DNA from: Minisyncoccota bacterium
GTDB lineage: Bacteria > Patescibacteriota > Minisyncoccia > Phycocordibacterales > UBA9973
DNA: 64,000 nt
NCBI GenBank assembly: GCA_041664285.1
Contig: JBAYLA010000003.1
Coordinates: 4,684 to 68,683 of the forward strand
Direction: 5' to 3'
This document shows, in pieces, positions 38,829 through 49,225 of the stretch. A model generated the notes under the pieces. The model made no database searches. It saw only the letters and a program-made list of their open reading frames with translations, and was not told the DNA's origin. Numbering within the stretch: the stretch's first letter is position 1; every line of letters begins with the position of its first letter. Made by a program: the position numbers and the translations under genes.

Positions 38829-39831
38829 ATTACCATACTTAACCAAACTTATTCAAAAGCTTGCACCTAAAATAGGCGCAAGAGTTGTTGTAGAACCAGA
38901 ATGGGGAATCGCATCACAAATTATTTTTAAAAACGGTGTAGTGAGATCAGCACGAATGTATTCTCTCGATCTTAACTATATTGCTTCATCTGACATTGCT
39001 CGAGATAAAGATTTTGCAAAGTTTTTTATGAAGAAAAAAGGCTATCCTGTAGCGGAGGGAAAAACAATCTTTGAAAATAATTGGGCTAAGATAGTAAAAA
39101 GTAAGCGTACTGTTTTTTATGCTTCCAAATATGCCAAACAACTTGGTTATCCAGTTATTGTAAAACCCAATAGTAAAAGTCAGGGATTGGGAGTATGTTT
39201 GGCTTGGAATAAAAAAGAATTACATCATGCCTTGCTCGAAGTATTTAAAGAAGATAAGGTTGCCATTGTTGAACAATATTTGCCGGGGCGTGATTATCGG
39301 GTAGTTGTTTTAGATGGGGAAATAATCTCTGCTTATGAAAGAATTCCACTTTCTATTGTTGGTGATGGGACAAATTCTATTTTTTATCTTCTAAAGAAAA
39401 AACAAATACTTTTTGACAAACAAAATCGTGATACAAAAATAAATTTTAATGATAAAAGAATAAAATTAAAATTACAAAGGCAGAAATATTCTTTTCGAAC
39501 TATTTTACCAAAAGGTATAAAAATTTTTTTACTTGATAATGCCAATTTGTCGACGGGTGGAGATGCTTTTGATGTAACGAAAAAAATTCACTTAAGTTTT
39601 AAAAAAATTGCTACTAAACTTACAAAAAATATGGGACTTCGGATGGCTGGAGTAGATATTATGGTTACCAAAGGGGATATTACAAAAGATTCTAAAAATT
39701 GCAGTTATTATATTATTGAAATCAACGCTGCTCCAGGCTTAGACCATTATGTAACAACTGGTCAAACTCAACGTAAAAATATTGAAGCGATGTATTTGAA
39801 AGTTTTAAAAGCGCTTGGCAAAAAAGATTAG
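38815..39831 (+). CDS. ATP-grasp ligase, RimK / CofF / MptN-like (alpha-L-glutamate ligase family)
   Basis: VIVKPNSKSQGLGV, DYRVVVLDGEII.AYER, NLSTGGDA, IIEINAAPGL. Confidence 0.7.
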   Translation: MKENKLPYLTKLIQKLAPKIGARVVVEPEWGIASQIIFKNGVVRSARMYSLDLNYIASSDIARDKDFAKFFMKKKGYPVAEGKTIFENNWAKIVKSKRTVFYASKYAKQLGYPVIVKPNSKSQGLGVCLAWNKKELHHALLEVFKEDKVAIVEQYLPGRDYRVVVLDGEIISAYERIPLSIVGDGTNSIFYLLKKKQILFDKQNRDTKINFNDKRIKLKLQRQKYSFRTILPKGIKIFLLDNANLSTGGDAFDVTKKIHLSFKKIATKLTKNMGLRMAGVDIMVTKGDITKDSKNCSYYIIEINAAPGLDHYVTTGQTQRKNIEAMYLKVLKALGKKD

Positions 39832-39849
39832 CGGGAGTATATTAAAGAA

Positions 39850-40356
39850 ATGAAAAAGACCGAGAAAAAACTTACTAAAAACAGAAGACCTTCTTGGGAT
39901 GAATACTTTTTGGATATGGTTGAAATGGTTGGTTCACGTGGTACTTGTGATCGTGGTCGTTCGGGCGCAGTTTTAGTGAAAGATAAAAGAATTTTAGCTA
40001 CTGGGTATGTTGGTTCACCTGTTGGAATTGCTCATTGTGATGATGTGGGTCATGAAATGCATTCTGTTACCAGAGAAGATGGAACAACATCTCGCCATTG
40101 TCTTCGAACAGCTCATGCAGAATTAAATGCGATTGCTAATGCTGCACGTTTTGGTGTTGCTATTGATGGGGCAACTTTATACTGCAAAATGACTCCTTGT
40201 TATACTTGCGCTAAAACGATTATCAATGCTGGGATAAAACGAGTTTTTGTTTTGAAAGATTATCATATAACCAAACAAACAAAAAACATTTTTAAAAAAG
40301 CAAAAGTAAAGTTAGAAATTTTTAATAAGGAAATTGAATCTTACGAAGACCAATAA
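39850..40356 (+). CDS. comEB: dCMP deaminase (ComEB-type cytidine/deoxycytidylate deaminase)
   Basis: HAELNAI...PCYTCAK zinc-binding motifs. Confidence 0.9.
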   Translation: MKKTEKKLTKNRRPSWDEYFLDMVEMVGSRGTCDRGRSGAVLVKDKRILATGYVGSPVGIAHCDDVGHEMHSVTREDGTTSRHCLRTAHAELNAIANAARFGVAIDGATLYCKMTPCYTCAKTIINAGIKRVFVLKDYHITKQTKNIFKKAKVKLEIFNKEIESYEDQ

Positions 40357-40359
40357 TTT

Positions 40360-40689
40360 ATGGTTGATCTAAAAGCATTACAAAAAGAAGTGATGAGGAA
40401 TAAGGTAGAAAAAGGATTTAACACGACAGATGTAGCGCGAGAATTTTGTCGAGCTTACGAAGAGCTTTCTGAGGCCTTTTCTAAACATGATAAAAATCAA
40501 CCCGGGGTGGCTGAAGAATTTGCTGATGTGGTGATTTTTATTCTTGGGATGTGTGAAAAGCTCGGTTTTGATTTAGAAAAAGAACTTGTTAGAAAAATTG
40601 AAATAAATAAAAATAGAAAATATGTTAAAACAAAATCCCCTGAAGGGAAAGATGTTTTTATTCGAGTAAAAACAGACGAGGATCCTTAG
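40360..40689 (+). CDS. MazG-like nucleotide pyrophosphohydrolase (all-alpha NTP-PPase)
   Basis: E..E...E.ADV motif pattern (EELSEAF...EEFADVVIF). Confidence 0.75.
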   Translation: MVDLKALQKEVMRNKVEKGFNTTDVAREFCRAYEELSEAFSKHDKNQPGVAEEFADVVIFILGMCEKLGFDLEKELVRKIEINKNRKYVKTKSPEGKDVFIRVKTDEDP

Positions 40690-41210
40690 ATTTTCTCGTA
40701 AACTGAGAAAGTGTAATCAAAAGCATTTTCTTTATCTTTTTTATGTTCTTCGTGAGATATTTCATTCCAAACAACAGGGATAATCTCTGGGAAAAATACT
40801 TCAGCGTCAGGAAATGATGCATTGACGTGTGTAATATAAAGTTTGTCTGCTTTGTCTATAAATAATTTATATATTTGTCCTCCACCAATAATAAAATTCT
40901 CTTCATTTTTGTTTGAAGTTTTTTCGAGTAGATCCATAAGCTCTGGAACAGAATGTACAATTTCTGCACCCTCTTTTTTAAATGTTTTATCTTGAGTTAA
41001 AATAATGTTTCTACGATTAGGGAGTAGTCGCCCTATTTGTTTACCGTTTTCATCTTTACCTAAAGATTCAAATGTTTTCTGACCCATTATCACGGTGCGT
41101 CCTTTTGTTGTTTCTCGAAAATGTTTCATATCAGCAGGCAAATTCCACAAAAGATCATTTTTCTTCCCGAGTTCATTATTTTTACCAATGGCTGCGATGA
41201 TAGATATCAT
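40686..41210 (-). CDS. folA: dihydrofolate reductase
   Basis: IIAAIGKNNELG...LLW...MGQKTFESLG...IIGGGQIY. Confidence 0.9.
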   Translation of the reverse strand: MISIIAAIGKNNELGKKNDLLWNLPADMKHFRETTKGRTVIMGQKTFESLGKDENGKQIGRLLPNRRNIILTQDKTFKKEGAEIVHSVPELMDLLEKTSNKNEENFIIGGGQIYKLFIDKADKLYITHVNASFPDAEVFFPEIIPVVWNEISHEEHKKDKENAFDYTFSVYEKI

Positions 41211-41213
41211 AAT

Positions 41214-42086
41214 TTATATTGCAATTTCAAAAGGAATTCTATGATAACTTTCATAATTAAGTACTTCTGTGTCAGGAGCTTTCCAATCAAAAATCGATTT
41301 CCAATTTTTTGTTTCTATTTTAGATAATGAATATTTACTGGGGTCTCGAGACAATTGTTCTCTTGCTCCATCTACATGGTTTTCAAAAAGATGGATGTCA
41401 GCTAAGAATCCAACAAGTTTTCCTTCTTTTAGTCCAGATTCTTTTGCGAGTAAGCTAAGAAGTAGGGCATAGCTAGCAATATTAAAAGGTAAACCCAACA
41501 TAATATCGACTGAACGTTGATTCCACATCAAATTAAGTTTTCCATTTATTGTGGTGACTTGAAAAGAGTAATGGCAAGGGGGAAGCCCCATTTCTTCTAA
41601 TTGTAGAGGATTCCATGCACTCACAATCATTCTGCGATCACGCGGGTTTGTTTTTAATATTTCTACTAGTCTTTTTAATTGATCTACTCCTTTTCCTGTG
41701 TAATCAGTATTATAACTTTCATATTTTGCATTAAAATGTCTCCATTGAAAACCATAGATAGGTCCAAGATCACGTTCTTCAAGCATCCTCTTTTTTGAAA
41801 TTTCATCATGACCGTATGGAGCCTTTTTGGGGCTTGCCCATTCATCCCAAATATGATTATTTCGATCTAAGAGCCATTGTTTATCAGTAACACCATTTAT
41901 AAAAAATTCTAATTCTGTTGAAATTAAACGGAAGGGCATTTTTTTGGTTGTTAACAATGGAAAACCTTTTGACATATCATGTTCAAAAATAGCTCCAGCG
42001 ATAGTATGCGCAGCTGTACCTTGGCGGGTGCTAATTTTTTCACCATTTTCCAAAACATTTTTTACAATATCTAAATAAGCCTTCAT
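41214..42086 (-). CDS. thyA: thymidylate synthase ThyA
   Basis: PPCHYSFQ active-site Cys motif, canonical ThyA length and motifs. Confidence 0.95.
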   Translation of the reverse strand: MKAYLDIVKNVLENGEKISTRQGTAAHTIAGAIFEHDMSKGFPLLTTKKMPFRLISTELEFFINGVTDKQWLLDRNNHIWDEWASPKKAPYGHDEISKKRMLEERDLGPIYGFQWRHFNAKYESYNTDYTGKGVDQLKRLVEILKTNPRDRRMIVSAWNPLQLEEMGLPPCHYSFQVTTINGKLNLMWNQRSVDIMLGLPFNIASYALLLSLLAKESGLKEGKLVGFLADIHLFENHVDGAREQLSRDPSKYSLSKIETKNWKSIFDWKAPDTEVLNYESYHRIPFEIAI

Positions 42087-42124
42087 GTTTTCATTGTAAC
42101 CTTTTTTATTATTTTACGTAATCA

Positions 42125-42153
42125 TTGACAAAATAAGCTAGAAATGCTATTCT
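42125..42153 (+). promoter_or_regulatory. candidate promoter TTGACA-17-TATTCT upstream of helicase gene (GGGAG SD before ATG)
   Basis: hexamers seen in sequence. Confidence 0.3.
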
Positions 42154-42200
42154 TTTTATATCATTCTCATCTATACATAACATATTGGGAGTGACCCGAT

Positions 42201-43544
42201 ATGCAAAAAAATAATTCATCTGCCTCGAAGAAATTCGGCAGACATACTTCTACGTTAAAAAAACCAGCTCGTCATTCTTTTGGTAGCAGGCCTGTTCGAG
42301 TTGGTGGTTTTAGTAAAAGTTCTCGTTCACCCTCCTCTTCGGCCGGCAGACATTTCAGGAGTTCTGGGGGGAGGCCAACATTTAAATTTAAAAAGAGAAG
42401 TTCGAGTGGGGGCAGGGGGAAAAGAGGTGATCGTATAGATTTCTCTCGTTTCATTAAAAAAAATGTTTACGTCGAGGAAAAGCCTTATGTGTCTAAACAT
42501 GGCTTTGCTGATTTTCCTTTTAATCCTCAGCTTCACAAAAATATTACAAGAGCTGGATTTAAAAATCCTAGACCTATTCAAGATCAAGCTATTATCTCTG
42601 TAATGGAAGGTAAGGATGTTTTCGGTATGGCCAATACCGGCACCGGTAAAACGGCAGCATTCTTATTACCTTTAATTGAAAAAATTTCTAAAACCAAAGG
42701 ACAAGCTAAAAGAGAAACCGTTTTAATAATGGCACCTACCCGTGAACTTGCTCTTCAGATAGAATCTGATTTTAAAAATCTAGCTTTTGGCCTTGGTATG
42801 TTTTCGGTGGCTTGTGTAGGAGGGTTGCCGATCATGAAACAAATTAGAGAAATAAAACTCGGGGTTTCGTTTGTCATTGGTACTCCAGGACGTTTGCGAG
42901 ATTTAATTGAGAAAAAAGTTTTAGATTTATCTACTTGTCATTCAGTAGTGCTCGACGAAGCAGACAGAATGCTCGATATGGGATTTCGTGATGATATGGT
43001 TTATATAATTGGTAAAACTGCTAAAGATCGTCAAACACTTTTCTTTTCCGCGACCTTGTCTCCGGAGATTAGAAAATTAACCGAACAATATTTAAAAAAT
43101 CCAATTTTTATTTCTGTCATTTCTGGGGAGACTTTAAAAAATATTGATCAAGATGTAGTTCGAGTGAAAAGTAAAGAAGAAAAATTAGAAAAACTGCATG
43201 AAGTTTTAACTAAAGACGGATCAGACAAAGTTTTAATTTTTAGAGAAATGAAACATAGTGTGGATACCTTAGCCAAAGAACTTGCGCAAAGAGGTTTCAA
43301 AGTTGGGGGTATTCATGGTGACAAAAGAAGTCGAGAGCGTATTCGTATTTTGGATTCTTTTAAAAAAGATCACATTAATGTTTTGATTGCGACTGATGTT
43401 GCCGCACGTGGATTGGATATTCCAGACGTTACTCATGTCATCAACTACGACGTACCACAAACTTATGATACTTACATACACCGCATAGGCCGTACTGGCC
43501 GAAGTGGCAAAAAAGGCACAGCCTTAACCTTCGTGCCGGTGTAA
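42201..43544 (+). CDS. DEAD-box ATP-dependent RNA helicase with ~100-aa N-terminal Arg/Ser/Gly-rich extension
   Basis: Q-motif, AxTGTGKT, PTRELA, VLDEADRMLDMGF, SAT, HRIGRTGRSG. Confidence 0.9.
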   Translation: MQKNNSSASKKFGRHTSTLKKPARHSFGSRPVRVGGFSKSSRSPSSSAGRHFRSSGGRPTFKFKKRSSSGGRGKRGDRIDFSRFIKKNVYVEEKPYVSKHGFADFPFNPQLHKNITRAGFKNPRPIQDQAIISVMEGKDVFGMANTGTGKTAAFLLPLIEKISKTKGQAKRETVLIMAPTRELALQIESDFKNLAFGLGMFSVACVGGLPIMKQIREIKLGVSFVIGTPGRLRDLIEKKVLDLSTCHSVVLDEADRMLDMGFRDDMVYIIGKTAKDRQTLFFSATLSPEIRKLTEQYLKNPIFISVISGETLKNIDQDVVRVKSKEEKLEKLHEVLTKDGSDKVLIFREMKHSVDTLAKELAQRGFKVGGIHGDKRSRERIRILDSFKKDHINVLIATDVAARGLDIPDVTHVINYDVPQTYDTYIHRIGRTGRSGKKGTALTFVPV

Positions 43545-43582
43545 AAAAATTAGCTATTAATATAAATTAAGGGTAATTATAT

Positions 43583-44908
43583 ATGAAGAAAAGCAATATA
43601 AAATCACCACTAGATATTGCATATAATCGCCTCGACGAAGCTCATAGAGCTTGGCATCTTGCTCTGAATGGTTATCATAAAATTGATGATTTTAGAGCTG
43701 GGATTAATTCCGCTATTCAATCTTTAAGGAATCTAACTTTTGCCCTACAAAGCGAAAAAAGTAATTTTTCTAACTTTGATAGTTGGTATGAATCTTGGCG
43801 AATAAAAATGAGGGATGATCTTGTATTAAAAGAATTAAATGGTGCCAGGAATATTATTGTAAAACAAGAAGATCTAAAACTAAAAAGCAAAGCTACAGCT
43901 CAGGTAAAAGGCTGGGAGAATTACAAATCTTTATGTTTTGAATTTGATCCTATGTCTGACAGCTATGCTGTGGCTAAAGGATTTTATAATAACTATGTTG
44001 TGTATTTACCAGTATCAAAAGAAAATAAAAGTAGATTTATTTTTAATTTTGAAAGAAAATGGATTTACGAAAAGTTACCTGACGTTGAATTACTTGAAGC
44101 GGTAGCCTATAGTTATCATTTTTTTTGGGAAATGCTTAAAGATGCAGAAAAAGTATTTTCTTTACCCCAAAAAAATTCTTTAAGTAGTGGAGATTTTTGC
44201 CAAAGTGAAATAATCGATAATAAGTTCTTAAGGTGCATGGCAATTACTCGTCAAGAAAGGTCATTGATTTTTAGCTTAGAAAATGGTGGAGTCGTTTACA
44301 GTGGAAAAACATCTTCGTGGATTCCAACAGAAGATATAAAACAAAAAACAAAAAAAAGATATGGTGATATGTGGAAATCAAAGGAAATTATATCTATGTT
44401 GAACGGTATCTTTGTAAATAAATATCCATTTGACCAAGTAAAAAAGCTTATTCAAATAGCAATAGCAAGTATTAAAAGAGATAAATACCTTGTTCCAATG
44501 TCGTTTATTTTTACCGAAAAGCACAAGCCTCCTATGATCATTTCTCACACTTTCCAAAATCAACAAAGTAAAATTATAGCAATAAATAAAGTTGCGGATG
44601 AAATTATTAAGATTAAGGGGACCTCAATACTTCAGCTAGGAGAAGCATGGCTAGCACCGCTTAAAAAAGATGGTCATAATTTTCCATTACAAGATAGAAA
44701 AGATACAAAAGATGTTGTGCTTATACATTGGGTTTCTAGTGAAATGGGTAAAGTTATTACTATTCCTTTTAAGAAAAATATTTTTAATCAAATTATTTTT
44801 TCAAAAATAGAAGTTGAAGATTTTGATACAAATCAACCTCATAAAAATTTTCTACTTTTGCCGTTAATAGAAGCTTTACAAAAGGTTAAAAATAAAAATC
44901 CCCGATAA
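43583..44908 (+). CDS. hypothetical protein, 441 aa, no recognisable domain
   Basis: long uninterrupted ORF with SD-like spacing; orphan. Confidence 0.55.
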   Translation: MKKSNIKSPLDIAYNRLDEAHRAWHLALNGYHKIDDFRAGINSAIQSLRNLTFALQSEKSNFSNFDSWYESWRIKMRDDLVLKELNGARNIIVKQEDLKLKSKATAQVKGWENYKSLCFEFDPMSDSYAVAKGFYNNYVVYLPVSKENKSRFIFNFERKWIYEKLPDVELLEAVAYSYHFFWEMLKDAEKVFSLPQKNSLSSGDFCQSEIIDNKFLRCMAITRQERSLIFSLENGGVVYSGKTSSWIPTEDIKQKTKKRYGDMWKSKEIISMLNGIFVNKYPFDQVKKLIQIAIASIKRDKYLVPMSFIFTEKHKPPMIISHTFQNQQSKIIAINKVADEIIKIKGTSILQLGEAWLAPLKKDGHNFPLQDRKDTKDVVLIHWVSSEMGKVITIPFKKNIFNQIIFSKIEVEDFDTNQPHKNFLLLPLIEALQKVKNKNPR

Positions 44909-44916
44909 GGGGATTT

Positions 44917-45165
44917 TTATTTTGCTTTTACTAGTCCAGTTTTGAGGAGGGTAGCGTAGGTGCCACGCTTTTTCATGGTGCGCATGCCACGAGCGGATAC
45001 TTCTATATTGACTGTTTTATTAAGTTCCGGAACAAAAATCTTCTTTTTTTGAAGATTTGGGTATTTTCTTTTCTTGCCAGTTGGGTTAAATTTAGTCGCA
45101 CGGGTTCTATTAGAATATCCGCCTCCAACCACTGAACTCTTTTTTGTTATCATACATGTTTTCAT
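44917..45165 (-). CDS. rpmB: 50S ribosomal protein L28
   Basis: MKTCMITKK...RTRATKFNP...VSARGMRTMKKRG pattern. Confidence 0.8.
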   Translation of the reverse strand: MKTCMITKKSSVVGGGYSNRTRATKFNPTGKKRKYPNLQKKKIFVPELNKTVNIEVSARGMRTMKKRGTYATLLKTGLVKAK

Positions 45166-45197
45166 ATGTAGTTCTCACATGCTATCATATAATTTAT

Positions 45198-45818
45198 ATG
45201 GACGCAACCAATTCAATCTTTTATATCCTTATCCTTGTTATGTCTATCGTGATTCACGAAATCTCGCATGGTTTTATGGCGGAATATTTCGGTGATGATA
45301 CTGCGCGTAATGCTGGGAGACTAACACTGAATCCTATTTCACACATAGACTTATTCGGCTCAATTCTTTTACCAGCAGTTCTTATTTTAAGTAGCACTGG
45401 TTTTATTTTTGGTTGGGCCAAGCCCGTTCCCTATAATCCAAATAATTTAAGCAATAGAAAATGGGGAACAATTGCTGTTGCGGCAGCTGGTGTTCTGGCG
45501 AACTTTTTTATTGCTATTATTTTTGGAATTATAATACGTTTAACATCTGGTATGACCTTGCAACCTAATTTTTATTTTATAACTTCTGCCATTGTAATTG
45601 TAAATCTGGCTCTAGCTATTTTTAATCTTGTCCCGATTCCACCCCTCGATGGCTCTAAAATACTTTTTTCTTTCTTACCCGAGAGAGCTTTTTCTTTTAT
45701 TCTTGACTACGAACAATACTCTTTAATCCTATTACTTGTTTTTATTGTTTTCTTTTCTGATTATTTATATCCAATTTTAGCTTTTCTTTTTCATTTAATT
45801 ACTGGGCTTGCGCTTTAA
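45198..45818 (+). CDS. site-2-protease-family zinc metalloprotease (peptidase M50)
   Basis: HEISHG HExxH in TM helix, LNPISHIDLFG second metal ligand region; start moved to ATG 45198 to avoid overlap with rpmB start. Confidence 0.75.
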   Translation: MDATNSIFYILILVMSIVIHEISHGFMAEYFGDDTARNAGRLTLNPISHIDLFGSILLPAVLILSSTGFIFGWAKPVPYNPNNLSNRKWGTIAVAAAGVLANFFIAIIFGIIIRLTSGMTLQPNFYFITSAIVIVNLALAIFNLVPIPPLDGSKILFSFLPERAFSFILDYEQYSLILLLVFIVFFSDYLYPILAFLFHLITGLAL

Positions 45819-45926
45819 ATTTTAAAATACAACTTTTGAAGGGGTTTCGAGGCTGACGAGCCGAGAACTTCAGGATTTTTTAAGCTTCAAAAAATCTGTA
45901 CCGAAAAAAGTTGTATTTTAAAATTT
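45817..45926. repeat. copy B (inverted orientation) of the ~90-110 bp repeat element, with 21-bp terminal inverted repeats AAATTTTAAAATACAACTTTT / AAAAGTTGTATTTTAAAATTT
   Basis: reverse complement of 45831-45912 matches 4962-5045; directly upstream of rpsL. Confidence 0.6.
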
Positions 45927-45988
45927 GCATTTTTTGTGTGATTATAGTACATTGTTCACATAGTCCTGTAGGGCTATTTTATTTAGTA

Positions 45989-46414
45989 ATGCCAACAATC
46001 AATCAATTAATAAAGAAAAATAGAACCAAAATGCACGCTAAGCACAAGACCGTGGCTTTGGCTCGTGGTTTTAATGTTCTTAAAAACAAGCCGGTATTTT
46101 TCCCTTCACCTTTTAAGCGTGGAGTTTGCACTAAAGTTTCTACCACTACTCCTAAAAAGCCAAACTCAGCTCTTCGAAAAATTGCGAGAGTGCGTTTAAC
46201 TAATGGAATGGAAGTAACTGCTTATATCCCTGGAGAAGGTCATAATTTACAGGAACACTCTGTGGTTATGCTTCGTGGAGGACGTGTGAAAGACTTGATC
46301 GGAGTAAGATATCACATTGTTCGCGGAGTTCTAGATACTCAAGGAGTAGAAAAGAGACGACAATCCAGATCGCTTTATGGAAATAAAAAACCTAAGAAAG
46401 AAGTAAAGAAATAA
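45989..46414 (+). CDS. rpsL: 30S ribosomal protein S12
   Basis: [10 protein letters not shown]...[10 protein letters not shown]; track ORF N-extension (TTG 45911) rejected. Confidence 0.95.
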   Translation: MPTINQLIKKNRTKMHAKHKTVALARGFNVLKNKPVFFPSPFKRGVCTKVSTTTPKKPNSALRKIARVRLTNGMEVTAYIPGEGHNLQEHSVVMLRGGRVKDLIGVRYHIVRGVLDTQGVEKRRQSRSLYGNKKPKKEVKK

Positions 46415-46421
46415 AAAATTT

Positions 46422-46892
46422 ATGCGAAGAAAAGTAAAAAATAGAAATATAGCACAGCCTGATTTCGTTTATAACTCTCAAAAATTAGAGAAGTTTATTA
46501 ACTATGTTATGTGGTCTGGGAAGAAAGAAACTTCCAGAAAAATAATGTATAAGGCTTTTGATATAATTAAGGAGAAAACAGGGAATCCAAATCCATTAGA
46601 GATTTTTGATTTAGCGATGAAAAATGCTGGTCCTTTAACGGAAGTACGTTCTAAGCGTATCGGAGGGGCCAACTATCAAGTTCCTAGAGAAGTACGTCCT
46701 GAAAGGAGACTTGCGCTTGCTATGCGATGGATTCGTGATGCGGCTCGAAGTAAAAAGGGTTCTCCTATGCACGTAAAATTGGCTGATGAATTAATTGCCG
46801 CTTCCAAGAACGAAGGTTCTGCTATTAAAAAGAAAGAAGATACTCACAAAATGGCTGAGGCCAACAAAGCTTTTGCTCATTTTGCTTGGTAA
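46422..46892 (+). CDS. rpsG: 30S ribosomal protein S7
   Basis: canonical S7 sequence and position. Confidence 0.95.
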   Translation: MRRKVKNRNIAQPDFVYNSQKLEKFINYVMWSGKKETSRKIMYKAFDIIKEKTGNPNPLEIFDLAMKNAGPLTEVRSKRIGGANYQVPREVRPERRLALAMRWIRDAARSKKGSPMHVKLADELIAASKNEGSAIKKKEDTHKMAEANKAFAHFAW

Positions 46893-46898
46893 TTATTT

Positions 46899-49049
46899 AT
46901 GGAACGAGACTATCCTTTAGAAAAAGTTAGAAATATTGGAATTATTGCGCACATTGATGCGGGAAAAACAACAACGACCGAGCGGGTGCTTTTTTATACT
47001 GGAGTGTCGCACAAAATCGGTGAAGTGCATGATGGGGAGACGACTACAGACTGGATGGAACAAGAACGAGAACGTGGAATCACTATTACTTCAGCAGCGG
47101 TAACTTGTTTCTGGACTCCTACCTACGCAGACCCAAAAGATAAAAGTAAAAAACATCGTTTTAACATTATTGATACTCCTGGGCACATTGATTTCACCGT
47201 TGAAGTGAAGAGATCATTGCGTGTGCTCGATGGCGCTGTAGTTGTATTTGACGGAGTAGCAGGAGTGGAACCACAATCTGAAACAAATTGGCGTTATGCA
47301 GACGAGGCGAAAGTTCCTCGTGTTTGTTTTGTGAACAAGCTGGACCGCACGGGTGCTTCCTTTGAACATTCATATGCAACTATTTTAGATAGATTGACCA
47401 AAAAAGCTATTCGTATGCAGATTCCCATTGGACTGGAAGAGAAACACGAAGGAGTGGTTGATTTATTAAGGATGAAAGCTTATTACTTTGAGGGAGAAAT
47501 GGGTAATAAGGTTATTGAAAAAGAAATTCCAGAAGAATTAAAAGCTGATGCAGAAAAATATCATAGTGCCTTGATTGAGAAAATAGTGGAGACGGATGAG
47601 GTGATGATGACTGAATACTTAGAGGGAATTGTCCCAAATCTAGATGTTCTAAAGAAAACTCTACGTAAGGCTGTTATTAATAATGAAATTTTCCCAGTGT
47701 TTGCTGGTTCAGCATTAAAGAACAAGGGTGTGCAACTTGTGCTTGATGCTGTCGTTGATTATTTACCAGCTCCGACAGATATTCCACCAATCGAAGGTAT
47801 CAATCCAGACAATGACGAGCCTGTTCTTCGTCATGCTTCTGACGCAGAGCCTTTTTCGGCTTTGGCTTTCAAGGTAGCGACTGATCCATTCGTTGGACAA
47901 ATTATTTTCTTCCGTGTTTATTCAGGAAGCTTGATGGCTGGAAGTTATATTTATAATCCTCGTACTCGTAACAAAGAACGTATTGGCCGAATATTGCGCA
48001 TGCATGCTAATGACAGAGAAGAAGTGAAACAAGTTTTTGCCGGAGAAATAGCCGCTGCCGTGGGATTAAAAGATACCATTACTTCAGATACTTTGTGTGA
48101 TGAGGACAGTCCTGTTGAATTAAACCGCATTGTTTTTCCTGAACCAGTTATTCAACTTCGCATTGAACCAAAAACAAAAGCCGACCAAGAAAAAATGGGA
48201 ATGGCACTTAATCGTCTGGCGCAAGAAGACCCAACCTTTAAAGTTACGACTGATCAAGAAACAGGGGAGACTATTATTGCGGGAATGGGAGAATTGCATC
48301 TTGAAATTATTGTGGATCGTATGAAAAGAGAATTTACTGTTGAGGCTAATGTTGGTAAACCACAAGTAGCTTACCGAGAAACAATTACTGGAAATTCAGA
48401 GGCTGAAGGAAAATACATCAAGCAATCAGGTGGACGTGGAAACTATGGACATGTGAAGATTAAAGTTAAACCAATGGTCATGCTCACAAAGGAAGAAGTG
48501 GAAGATTTACCAAAAAACACAAAGAGATCACCTGGTTTTGAATTTATAAATACTATTAAAGGAGGGGTAATTCCACAAGAGTATATTGCGCCTTGTGAAA
48601 AGGGATTCAAAGAAGGGCTCGATAGGGGAATTTTAGCTGGATTCAAAATAGTAAATGTTTCAGTAGAACTTTGGGATGGAAGTTATCATGAAGTTGACTC
48701 AAATGAAATGGCTTTCAAAATTGCATCCAGTATGGCTGTTCAAGATGCTTGTCGTCGTGCCAATCCGGTAATTTTGGAACCAATGATGAAAGTGGAAGTT
48801 GTTACTCCAGATAAATTCATGGGAGACGTTACAGGAAATCTTTCTTCTAAGCGTGGATTAATTGAAGGGATGGAAGATCGTGGAATGAACAAGGTAATTA
48901 AAGCAATTGTGCCTCTGTCAGAAATGTTTGGTTACATGACAGGTTTGCGTTCGATGACCGAAGGCCGTGCGTCTTTCACTATGGAATTCTTCCGTTACGA
49001 CATTGTGCCAAATAATGTCGCTGAAACTATCATCGCTGCAAGGAAATAA
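46899..49049 (+). CDS. fusA: elongation factor G
   Basis: [22 protein letters not shown]-motifs; domains II-V. Confidence 0.97.
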   Translation: MERDYPLEKVRNIGIIAHIDAGKTTTTERVLFYTGVSHKIGEVHDGETTTDWMEQERERGITITSAAVTCFWTPTYADPKDKSKKHRFNIIDTPGHIDFTVEVKRSLRVLDGAVVVFDGVAGVEPQSETNWRYADEAKVPRVCFVNKLDRTGASFEHSYATILDRLTKKAIRMQIPIGLEEKHEGVVDLLRMKAYYFEGEMGNKVIEKEIPEELKADAEKYHSALIEKIVETDEVMMTEYLEGIVPNLDVLKKTLRKAVINNEIFPVFAGSALKNKGVQLVLDAVVDYLPAPTDIPPIEGINPDNDEPVLRHASDAEPFSALAFKVATDPFVGQIIFFRVYSGSLMAGSYIYNPRTRNKERIGRILRMHANDREEVKQVFAGEIAAAVGLKDTITSDTLCDEDSPVELNRIVFPEPVIQLRIEPKTKADQEKMGMALNRLAQEDPTFKVTTDQETGETIIAGMGELHLEIIVDRMKREFTVEANVGKPQVAYRETITGNSEAEGKYIKQSGGRGNYGHVKIKVKPMVMLTKEEVEDLPKNTKRSPGFEFINTIKGGVIPQEYIAPCEKGFKEGLDRGILAGFKIVNVSVELWDGSYHEVDSNEMAFKIASSMAVQDACRRANPVILEPMMKVEVVTPDKFMGDVTGNLSSKRGLIEGMEDRGMNKVIKAIVPLSEMFGYMTGLRSMTEGRASFTMEFFRYDIVPNNVAETIIAARK

Positions 49050-49062
49050 ACCTTTTCTCTAT

Positions 49063-49090
49063 TTGACAATGTTTTTTAATCTGCTATTAT
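49063..49090 (+). promoter_or_regulatory. candidate sigma-70 promoter TTGACA-16-TATTAT in fusA-tuf spacer; palindrome ACTGCA-ctttc-TGCAGT just downstream
   Basis: hexamers and spacing counted directly. Confidence 0.4.
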
Positions 49091-49225
49091 CTTAATAACT
49101 GCACTTTCTGCAGTTTTTATATTGGTTTTTTTTAATTATTAGCAATTATTAGTTAATTTAGTTAGTAATCAAGCCTTAGTGACTGGTTATCGTACATTAA
49201 GTTTTGACTATTAATCAATAATATT

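Noticed and set aside
45911-45988. N-terminal 26-codon extension of rpsL ORF
   Set aside because: S12 begins at the conserved MPTINQL; the extension starts at TTG inside the repeat-element flank.
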